Shown: positions 1-9,371 of the stretch, piece after piece
Position numbering within the stretch: position 1 is the first letter of the stretch
How the letters are laid out: each line of letters opens with the position of its first letter
Assembly (NCBI GenBank): GCA_964527425.1
Contig: CAZGOA010000003.1
Coordinates: 97,048 to 161,047 of the forward strand
Origin: an uncultured Gammaproteobacteria bacterium
Lineage (GTDB): Bacteria > Patescibacteriota > Microgenomatia > UBA10105 > UBA927
DNA: 64,000 nt
Direction of reading: 5' to 3'
Notes under the pieces: generated by a model
What the model was told of the DNA's origin: nothing
Database searches by the model: none
What the model saw: only the letters and a program-made list of their open reading frames with translations
Translations under genes and position numbers: made by a program

Positions 1-27
1 TACAAAGCGCCTTCTGCCGGGAGTCTT

Positions 28-882
28 CTAATCGACAATAGCTTGAATACTTTTAATAGAGTCACTTAATTTATTTAGATCGTTTAGGCTGCCAAATCCA
101 TCCGGTTCTAGAATCAATAAACCAGTCCACCCGAGGCTTTTTAGGGATTTCAATATGCGCTGTTCATAATCATAAATTGATAGTGCTTCTTTACTCGTTG
201 GTTTTTCTAATTGAGTAATAAAAAATATGTTTGTATGAGGATACAGCACTTGCAACACTCTATCTGGATCTTTAAACCTAGACTGAAATCCTGACTCTGG
301 AGCTCGTAGTATATGTTTCATGCTTAAGGCAAAACCATCATAATTTCTATCCTTGGAAGCTCTAATCAAATCCTCTGCACTCTCAATTCCCCATCGATCA
401 AGTAGTTCTGGAAAAGGCTCTAAAAGTTGGTTTTGTATACTATTTAATGCTGAATGAGGATAGTGCTCTGCCCAATCACGATTCCAAATATCACCATTTC
501 GTTTGGATTGTTCGTGTAATGGATAAATTATGGCATACGTATTAGGATTTTCCCTTTGAATTGCTGCTATGGTGTTCAAAGACTGTATCCTTTCGGGGTA
601 AATAGCATAAGAAGCTGCTGCTAAAGCCGGTGAATGATGACGTAAAATGGCAAAAATATTTTCTTCTGATCGAAAACTTTGCTGAACAGAATATACGTAT
701 TCTAAAAACTTATCTGTTAATCTGTATCTCGTCGCATGGATGTGTATACCTAAGCCTCCCATTTCCTTAATCTGTGGTCCCAATTCTTTGATTGGTCGAC
801 CGCTTCCTAAAAGTGTATTTCTAAAGGTATCTGTTGCTCGTGTAGAAACTAATATTTCTGATTTAGTCATAGTGAGTTTCAA
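28..882 (-). CDS. Hypothetical protein (possibly a degenerate TIM-barrel, xylose-isomerase-like fold)
   Basis: 284-aa ORF overlapping the 3' end of the VKOR-PyrD gene; the true start may be MTKSE at 870; no clear catalytic motif. Confidence 0.6.
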   Translation of the reverse strand: MKLTMTKSEILVSTRATDTFRNTLLGSGRPIKELGPQIKEMGGLGIHIHATRYRLTDKFLEYVYSVQQSFRSEENIFAILRHHSPALAAASYAIYPERIQSLNTIAAIQRENPNTYAIIYPLHEQSKRNGDIWNRDWAEHYPHSALNSIQNQLLEPFPELLDRWGIESAEDLIRASKDRNYDGFALSMKHILRAPESGFQSRFKDPDRVLQVLYPHTNIFFITQLEKPTSKEALSIYDYEQRILKSLKSLGWTGLLILEPDGFGSLNDLNKLSDSIKSIQAIVD

Positions 883-2353
883 TAATCTGATGATTTATTG
901 AACCAATCAACTGTGGTCCATTATATATCATCCCGGTAATAAGCTGTACCATGTCAGCCCCGGCATCTAACTTAACTTGCGCATCTTCCGGAGAAAATAT
1001 TCCCCCACAACCAATAATAATGAGTTTATTCTTGACATATTTTCTTGTTGTGGCAATTAAATGGTTGGATGATTCCCACGTTGGCTTTCCAGAAAAATTA
1101 CCTACAGAAAATTGTTTGACTTCTTCTGGATTGAGAGCTGGATTTTTTCTGTCTTTTGCTAAGTTTCCAATGATCACTCCTGCTATCTTATGTTTGAGAA
1201 TGACATCAAGCATTTGTTTATATTCTTGATCTGACTTTTCAATAGGCATTTTTATAAACACCGGACGAGAAAGTTTGAGTGCATCTAGTGATTTCAAGAG
1301 TTGGTCTAAACTTGCTGGAGGATACAACGACACATCGACTTTTAAGTTTGGACAGCTAATATTCAGTTCATAATACGCATGTTGGACTGTTGATAGTTCA
1401 AATTTTTGAAAGCAAGCGAGAATATCATCAATAACTTTCTTTAGCGTATTCATTGAGCTGGAGTTAGTCACTCCAATACTTATACCAACTGGTATTGGAA
1501 AGCTTTTCCCTGTTAATTTACGAATTGTGGCATCAGCACCTAAATTTTTATACCCTTTATTTACCATCAGCGACTTGGACTTAGGCAGTCTGCCTAACAT
1601 CGGGCGTGGATTGCCTTCATATGGTGAGTTTGTAATCGTTCCTACACTTTGAAATCCAAAACCCACTGATGAGAGTACTTGAGTGAGGTCTGCATGATAA
1701 TCATATCCTGCGGCGAGTCCAACAGGATTGGGAAACGTTATACCTGCAATGGTTTTCTGTAAGTCAGGATGCTTAACCTGAAAGCAATAGGCAATCAATC
1801 TCTTCATTGGCCAAAACTCCCCACTTATTTTTCCAAGTGTAACCATCACGCGGTGAATACGCTCCGGATCGATACTGAAAAGGAGCGGTTTTGCAGTAAT
1901 GCGATAAAGAAAAGTAAACAACACAGCAATTATTTCTTTCCTTTCCAATACAAACCAACGTTGAACAAGAATAAACAGTATCGTGCTGATGACTGCTGAA
2001 CCTAAGCAATATAAACAAATGCCGCCTATTACAACCACCATAATATACACAAACATCAGCGACGCCACAAAACCACCGGTAGTCGTAATGACTGCAAGTC
2101 GTCTGCTCAACTTATTGTTGGTACTCAGGAGAATAATAAATTCCAGAAGATAAAAGACGACACCAATATAGGCAAGCGGAATTCCTAATGGTGTGGCATA
2201 CGGGCTTGTCAAAACACCCCCACAATCAGAAAAAAATGACTGCGGACCGCAAGGCGGAATTCTTCCTAACCAGTGCTCGTACGATAAATACAAAGCATCA
2301 AGAATTCCTATAAATGCGATATAGGCTAATATATATCGTCTGAATCGCTGCAT
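863..2353 (-). CDS. pyrD: Fusion of a vitamin K epoxide reductase (VKOR) domain and a class-2-type dihydroorotate dehydrogenase
   Basis: N-terminal ~135 aa: 4 TM segments, loop cysteines PPCG...SDCGGVLTSPYA and TM CLYC. Then LLFSIDPERIH, FPNPVGLAAG, GNPRP, NISCPN, IKMP, GNFSGKP, GCGGI and VQLITG. Confidence 0.9.
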   Translation of the reverse strand: MQRFRRYILAYIAFIGILDALYLSYEHWLGRIPPCGPQSFFSDCGGVLTSPYATPLGIPLAYIGVVFYLLEFIILLSTNNKLSRRLAVITTTGGFVASLMFVYIMVVVIGGICLYCLGSAVISTILFILVQRWFVLERKEIIAVLFTFLYRITAKPLLFSIDPERIHRVMVTLGKISGEFWPMKRLIAYCFQVKHPDLQKTIAGITFPNPVGLAAGYDYHADLTQVLSSVGFGFQSVGTITNSPYEGNPRPMLGRLPKSKSLMVNKGYKNLGADATIRKLTGKSFPIPVGISIGVTNSSSMNTLKKVIDDILACFQKFELSTVQHAYYELNISCPNLKVDVSLYPPASLDQLLKSLDALKLSRPVFIKMPIEKSDQEYKQMLDVILKHKIAGVIIGNLAKDRKNPALNPEEVKQFSVGNFSGKPTWESSNHLIATTRKYVKNKLIIIGCGGIFSPEDAQVKLDAGADMVQLITGMIYNGPQLIGSINHQIIETHYD

Positions 2354-2420
2354 GGCATGAAGTATACCATAGAGTTATGCATCTACAATGTTATTACTCC
2401 AATCTAAAAGTAATCGGAGT

Positions 2421-3365
2421 TTACATCGATGGCTCGGAATCACTGCCGAAATATTGTTCCATTTCGTTTTTCATGGATTCCAGTTCTGCATCACTCGGCA
2501 TCATTTTTTTCAATTGTTCAAATTCTTCTCCATATCCTGAGGAATCCATCATTTGTGATGCCATCATGTCATAAATGGATTTACCTTCTGGAACTTCTTT
2601 AGTAGGACTTGGAGCTGTAACAGTAATATTGTCATAACTATATTCTGTAACTGTCGTGTATTCTCCGTATCCTGTCTGCTCTTCTCTGAGTAATAGATCA
2701 CGTGTGTCAAACCAGAATATTCTACTTGAAGCATCCTGCCCGCTGAGGACTTCTTCATATTTATGACAGGTTAAGTTGCCGCATGCTTCCTGACCAAGTG
2801 ATTTATAGGTAGTTATATTCTTTTCCATCACTTCTTCTTGGATATCTTTTGGTGAAAACGTATCTGCCAATTTTGTCAATTCAGATTGTTCTGATTTTAG
2901 TTCTTCTGCTTTCTGCATCCACCATTTGCCATCTACTTGATCTTTTAGATAGGTTGTATCACCTATCGTAATCATGTTTTGTGTTTCTTTGCCTCCCATC
3001 ATTTGAACCATTTGCATTCTGTAATCTTTTTCTGATCGATAATCTGTGGTTACTACTGTTTTACTATTGTCATCCATTCCATCTGATGAGGAGGTTATCA
3101 TCATTTTAGTCTGGCTGAATTGCTTTGCAAGATGCTTACGGATGAGTGGATCTTCTATATCTTTAAAATCGTTTTCAGTAAGTTTGGGCATCATGGCATC
3201 CCCAACCATACTTCCTAATCCTGATGCTTGCTCAGTTAGAGAAGAAATATTCTTATTTAATACTTTTGTATAGATAAAATAGCCTCCAGCTACTACTATT
3301 CCAACAGTGATCAGTAAAAAGACGATTGGTAAAGCTGGACCTTTTTTTGTCGATGAAGTTGCCAT
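2421..3365 (-). CDS. Membrane-anchored Met-rich surface protein (possible LolA/LppX-like beta fold)
   Basis: Single N-terminal TM; IGDTTY, GQEACGNLTCHKY and IFWFDTRDLLLR patterns; SD GGGAGG upstream. Confidence 0.7.
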   Translation of the reverse strand: MATSSTKKGPALPIVFLLITVGIVVAGGYFIYTKVLNKNISSLTEQASGLGSMVGDAMMPKLTENDFKDIEDPLIRKHLAKQFSQTKMMITSSSDGMDDNSKTVVTTDYRSEKDYRMQMVQMMGGKETQNMITIGDTTYLKDQVDGKWWMQKAEELKSEQSELTKLADTFSPKDIQEEVMEKNITTYKSLGQEACGNLTCHKYEEVLSGQDASSRIFWFDTRDLLLREEQTGYGEYTTVTEYSYDNITVTAPSPTKEVPEGKSIYDMMASQMMDSSGYGEEFEQLKKMMPSDAELESMKNEMEQYFGSDSEPSM

Positions 3366-3497
3366 AAAATAATTCCTCCCGGTGAAATTCTATATATTTC
3401 ACCTATAGGACTATTATAATGGAATAAGCATAACGAATGTCAATTTACTAATTCTCTCCTTTATCACTTCATTATTTTTGATACAATCTGTGCATAC

Positions 3498-4397
3498 ATG
3501 AACAGTTCTGTTGTACTTATTATGATTGCTGCATCGCTGTGGGCAATTGATGCACTCATTAGGACGCCATTAACACAAAGTTTATCTCCTATTAGTATAG
3601 TATTTTGGGAACATGTTATTGGGTTGTTTGTGTTAAGCCCGTTTCTAGCCAGTAATATACGAAAATTTTTCTCTTTGAAGGCACGTGATTGGAGCTGGTT
3701 TTTCTTACTCGCTTTAGTGAGCAGTGTAGGTGGAACTGTTTTGTTTACTCAGGCATTATCGACAAGTTTTGCAAGCGGAGATTTTATCACTCCTCTTTTA
3801 TTACAAAAACTTCAACCACTTATTGTTATTACGCTGTCCTGGCTACTATTGAAAGAACGTATAACTCAAAATTTTCTCGTTTCTGCTGCAATTGCTTTGC
3901 TTGGAGGATATTTAATGAGTTTTGGTTTATTAATCCCTCAATTTAATTTGGCTGGTAAAGAACTGGTCGTGTTACTTTCCTTAGGGGCAGCAACTTGTTG
4001 GGCTGTGGGAACTATTGTAAGTAAAACAGTGTTAAAAAAATATACTGTAATGGAAAGCACAATCATTCGTTTTGTGTTAGCTATACCCTTAGCGTTTCTT
4101 GTAGGCAACATATTGAGTCAGCCGGTTAGTGGTATTGGGTCTACTGTTGAATTAGGAAGATTTTTCCTCATAGCGTTGACCACAGGAGCAGCTGCATTAG
4201 GAATTTATTATGTAGGATTAAAAAGAACTCCAGCTCATGTTGCCACAATTGCTGAACTGATGTTTCCGTTAGTAAGCATTTTGATTGGAATTACTTCATT
4301 GAATCCATACGGCGCACCTCAAACTCTTACCCTTCCTCAAATTATTGGTATAGCATTGTTATTGATTGGCGTTGTCAAAAGTACCCGGATATCATGA
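3498..4397 (+). CDS. DMT/EamA family transporter
   Basis: About 10 TM segments in two EamA repeats (LLQKLQPL, LLKERI); stop overlaps the next start (ATGA). Confidence 0.88.
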   Translation: MNSSVVLIMIAASLWAIDALIRTPLTQSLSPISIVFWEHVIGLFVLSPFLASNIRKFFSLKARDWSWFFLLALVSSVGGTVLFTQALSTSFASGDFITPLLLQKLQPLIVITLSWLLLKERITQNFLVSAAIALLGGYLMSFGLLIPQFNLAGKELVVLLSLGAATCWAVGTIVSKTVLKKYTVMESTIIRFVLAIPLAFLVGNILSQPVSGIGSTVELGRFFLIALTTGAAALGIYYVGLKRTPAHVATIAELMFPLVSILIGITSLNPYGAPQTLTLPQIIGIALLLIGVVKSTRIS

Positions 4398-4768
4398 ACT
4401 TACCTGTAACTGTAACCGGCATTGTTGAACGTGGAAATCGAGATGGTACTAAATTAGGTTTTCCTACAGCAAATCTGCGCCTTGACGCACCGCTTAATCT
4501 TGAACATGGTGTGTATGCTGCACGTGTCTTGCTCAAAAATGAAATGCTCCCGAGTGTACTCCATTTTGGTCCTCGACTTGTATTTAATGAAACAACGCCA
4601 CTGTTTGAAGTACACATACTGCATCCCGTACCAGACCTTTATGGCAAACGATTACGTGTGACGTTAACCCACTTTATTAGAAAAACAATGCAGTTTGATT
4701 CACTCAAAGATTTAGTTGTACAAATGGAGCAAGATAAACGCGAAGCTTTTGCATTACTTGAGATGTGA
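4394..4768 (+). CDS. Stand-alone riboflavin kinase (RibF kinase domain only)
   Basis: G..VERG...GTKLGFPTAN, GVYAA, G-P-R, EVHIL, DLYG and FIR..MQF.SL..L..QM..D motifs; no FAD synthetase domain. Confidence 0.92.
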   Translation: MNLPVTVTGIVERGNRDGTKLGFPTANLRLDAPLNLEHGVYAARVLLKNEMLPSVLHFGPRLVFNETTPLFEVHILHPVPDLYGKRLRVTLTHFIRKTMQFDSLKDLVVQMEQDKREAFALLEM

Positions 4769-5545
4769 CAAGCCCTTTACAATCGCAGCATCAAATGACC
4801 GGACAAAATATACGGAAGAAATAATTCCATACACGGCAAGCAAACCTAATGCCCTGACAAGCCAGTCATGCGGAAATTGACCTGAATTCATAATCTCTCG
4901 CATACCTTCAAAGGCATAAAGGGATGGGAAAAACTGAGCAACAACCTGCACCCAAGAGGGTAACGTTTCCAGAGGGTAATACACTGCAGAAAACGGCATC
5001 AGAATAAACCCACCTGCCCATGCTAATGATTGAATATTTGTTCCTTTACGTAAAAATAGACCCCCAACAAGAAGTCCAAAAACCCAACCGGTCAGAAGCA
5101 GGATAACTATAGGAATAAGAAACTGAGGAAATAAGGGGAAAACATTCGCTTGATACAATAATAATCCAATACTTGAAGTTACTGCAAACGTCAGCACTAA
5201 TTTCAGTATTCCCAAAAGGAATAACGACACCATCCATTCGCTACGCTTTAGTGGTGTGCTAAAAAGATTCACCAGATTTTCAGACCAAAATTCTTCGAGA
5301 ATACTAACTGTCACTTCGTACTGACCTCGCCACAACACATACCACAAAATTACTCCAAATATAATCATGGAAATATATGCGCTTGTGACATCACCAGATC
5401 GTTCAAGAGCTGCAAATGTCAAACCCCAAACAACAATATCTAATACTGGCCAATAAAAAGCGTCAACCAACTTATCGAGATTATGCCGGAAATGATACAA
5501 ATGCCGCAAAAGCATTGCATAAATTCTTCTAGCTGACATTATCAA
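4754..5545 (-). CDS. ABC-2 type transporter permease
   Basis: 6 TM; FSAVYYPLETLPSWVQ motif; coupled to the ATPase gene; start probably at 5539. Confidence 0.88.
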   Translation of the reverse strand: MIMSARRIYAMLLRHLYHFRHNLDKLVDAFYWPVLDIVVWGLTFAALERSGDVTSAYISMIIFGVILWYVLWRGQYEVTVSILEEFWSENLVNLFSTPLKRSEWMVSLFLLGILKLVLTFAVTSSIGLLLYQANVFPLFPQFLIPIVILLLTGWVFGLLVGGLFLRKGTNIQSLAWAGGFILMPFSAVYYPLETLPSWVQVVAQFFPSLYAFEGMREIMNSGQFPHDWLVRALGLLAVYGIISSVYFVRSFDAAIVKGLSHLK

Positions 5546-6467
5546 CCTCCCTTTTTGTAGATACAGACAGAAAATAATCTTCTAACGAAGGCTTATCAAT
5601 TGAGATATCCTGGTAAGAAACTCCTCTCGAACTTAAGGCATGAAGAAAATCAGGGATCTTTTCCTCTTCCATGGTTACTGTGATAAATCGTCGAGTTGCT
5701 TTACTATCTAACCCCATGGTTGAAAGGATAGATTGCACACGCTTTAAGCCGTCAGAAACATAGAGTGACACTTCACAATGAGTAAACGTTTTTGCAAGCC
5801 GTTTCGGAGTACCGGTAGCAAAAACTCGACCCTGATTCATAAAAATAACCCGGTCACATAATTCTTCAACCTCTTTCATATTATGAGAAGTGATCAATAT
5901 TGAGGTTTTGTGAGTTTTACGCATTCCAATGATAAATTCTCGTATTAAATAGGCGATATCTGGATCAAGGCTGGCTGTGGGCTCATCAAGCAATACAAGC
6001 TCAGGGTCGTTAAGAAATGATTTTGCTAAGCTAACCCGTGTTGCTTGACCTGCAGACAAATCAAGAAATCGCTTTGACAGTAAATCAATCATCTGAAATC
6101 GTTTGGCTAGTGTTTGAATCTTTTCTTCGCCATGAACGATACTATACAAATGACAGAAAACTCTTAAATTCTCATGGACTGTAAGTGACCACGGCATTTT
6201 CCCATACCCTGACATATAATTAATTTTCCCCAGTATTTCAGTTCTATTAAGCGCCATGGATTTTCCAAAAAATCGAATGTCTCCGCTTGTCGGTTTCATA
6301 AGCCCAAGCAACATTTGTATTGTTGTAGTCTTACCCGCGCCGTTAGGTCCTAAAAGGCCTACAATTTCACCTTTTTTTATAGAAAAGGAAACGTTTTTTA
6401 CTGCTGTAAAATTGGCAAAGACCTTTGTTAATTTTTTAACGGATAATACTGTTTTGTCTTGTGTCAT
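5529..6467 (-). CDS. ABC transporter ATP-binding protein
   Basis: GPNGAGKTT, LSAGQ, LLDEPT, SH. Confidence 0.95.
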   Translation of the reverse strand: MTQDKTVLSVKKLTKVFANFTAVKNVSFSIKKGEIVGLLGPNGAGKTTTIQMLLGLMKPTSGDIRFFGKSMALNRTEILGKINYMSGYGKMPWSLTVHENLRVFCHLYSIVHGEEKIQTLAKRFQMIDLLSKRFLDLSAGQATRVSLAKSFLNDPELVLLDEPTASLDPDIAYLIREFIIGMRKTHKTSILITSHNMKEVEELCDRVIFMNQGRVFATGTPKRLAKTFTHCEVSLYVSDGLKRVQSILSTMGLDSKATRRFITVTMEEEKIPDFLHALSSRGVSYQDISIDKPSLEDYFLSVSTKREVDNVS

Positions 6468-6475
6468 ACGTATAC

Positions 6476-6500
6476 GAAAAAACCCTCATCGAGAGGGTTT
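6476..6500 (-). terminator. Intrinsic terminator of the 16S transcript
   Basis: Minus strand AAACCCTC-TCGAT-GAGGGTTT followed by a T run. Confidence 0.75.
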
Positions 6501-6507
6501 ATTGTTA

Positions 6508-6533
6508 TTGACAACCGAATGGTGATTGGAATG
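6508..6533 (-). other. 3' arm of the 16S precursor processing stem (pairs with 8300-8325)
   Basis: ttgacaaccgaatggtgattggaatg is a near-perfect reverse complement of cattcctatcaccattcgattgtcaa. Confidence 0.8.
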
Positions 6534-6704
6534 AAATCTGAGAGCGTTGTACTTCTTTGTATGTACACCACACAAAGATTGATCTGTACAACTTATTTAC
6601 GCTTCTCTTAAAGCGTGTACAAAACTGTCCTCACTCTTCAATGAGTGATCAAGACGAAGATCTTCCATCTCGATATCACTGCTTTGCGAGCTCAGTTTTA
6701 AATT

Positions 6705-8295
<1,591 letters not shown>

Positions 8296-8299
8296 AAAA

Positions 8300-8330
8300 C
8301 ATTCCTATCACCATTCGATTGTCAAAGAGC
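8300..8330 (-). promoter_or_regulatory. rrn boxA-like element and 5' arm of the processing stem
   Basis: Minus strand GCTCTTTGACAA (8330-8319) resembles boxA GCTCTTTAACA. Confidence 0.7.
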
Positions 8331-8474
8331 TAATCTATTGTCTTCTAGCTTTTAAATATTAGTCAACGTATTAACTTTAACTAAATTTAAAAACTAAAGA
8401 CAAAAAAACCCGACCACTGGCCGGGGCTTCAAAGAGAAGACACGCTGTGATCTAACATTTCATTGCAAGAGTAA

Positions 8475-8503
8475 ATTATATAGCTTCAAGTAGTTTGGGT
8501 CAA
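8475..8503 (-). promoter_or_regulatory. Sigma70-type promoter of the 16S gene
   Basis: TTGACC-17 nt-TATAAT. Confidence 0.85.
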
Positions 8504-8602
8504 GTCTTAAATAACACTTAAGTTATATAGATTTTATTATTGATAACACTTATTAAGGTTATATTTTTATTATAACACACTTTATACACAAATGTATGAA
8601 AA

Positions 8603-9289
8603 TTAGAGAGTTTTTATTCTAAAAAAATAAGTTCTATCCATACCAGCCTGTAATAGTGGAATACAAAGTGATATAAAAGCGAGAGAAATAATCCATCCAC
8701 CAATAATATCAGTAAGCCAGTGATGGCCTAAATATACCTTTCCGATACTAATAGTTGTAACTGACACAATTGATATCCCTGTTACAAACAAAAAAAATAA
8801 TTTTTTCTTTATTCGCAAAAAATAATAAGAAAATAAAACTGCAAAAAATAAAGACCGTGAGGCATGTCCAGATGGATAAGAATATTCTTCTTGTACATGG
8901 TATTTTGGGAAAATAGTGATTGGGTTTTTAATCATAAAAAATGGTGGAGCCGGACTTTCTACTTTAGACTTACCGTACATTTCAGCACCTATCATCAGTG
9001 AAAATAATAACGGTATTAATAATGCACCCGGATATATTTTTTTAAACCTGTTCCCAGAAAAATATAGTATTGTAATAAATAAACATAAAAAGATTGACAC
9101 TGTAGGACTTACTAAAAAACCTGCATCTTCAAATATTTCATCCATTTTTGATGGAATATTATCTTGCAAACGCACAGTAAAATCGAAATTAATTTGATTG
9201 AAGAATCCATTTTTTACAACTGCACTAAATCCATAAAAGGATATGAATAATACTGCACTTACTAAGATAAATAGAACTCTAGTTTTCAT
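8603..9289 (-). CDS. PAP2 family phosphatase
   Basis: YSYPSGH and VYLGHHWLTDIIGG motifs, multiple TM. Confidence 0.88.
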   Translation of the reverse strand: MKTRVLFILVSAVLFISFYGFSAVVKNGFFNQINFDFTVRLQDNIPSKMDEIFEDAGFLVSPTVSIFLCLFITILYFSGNRFKKIYPGALLIPLLFSLMIGAEMYGKSKVESPAPPFFMIKNPITIFPKYHVQEEYSYPSGHASRSLFFAVLFSYYFLRIKKKLFFLFVTGISIVSVTTISIGKVYLGHHWLTDIIGGWIISLAFISLCIPLLQAGMDRTYFFRIKTL

Positions 9290-9371
9290 GTGTTGTATTC
9301 TAAATGTTATTTAATAATAGGTCTAATGGATAGACTGTTTACGCTCTTCAGATTATGCTATGCTCTTTGAA

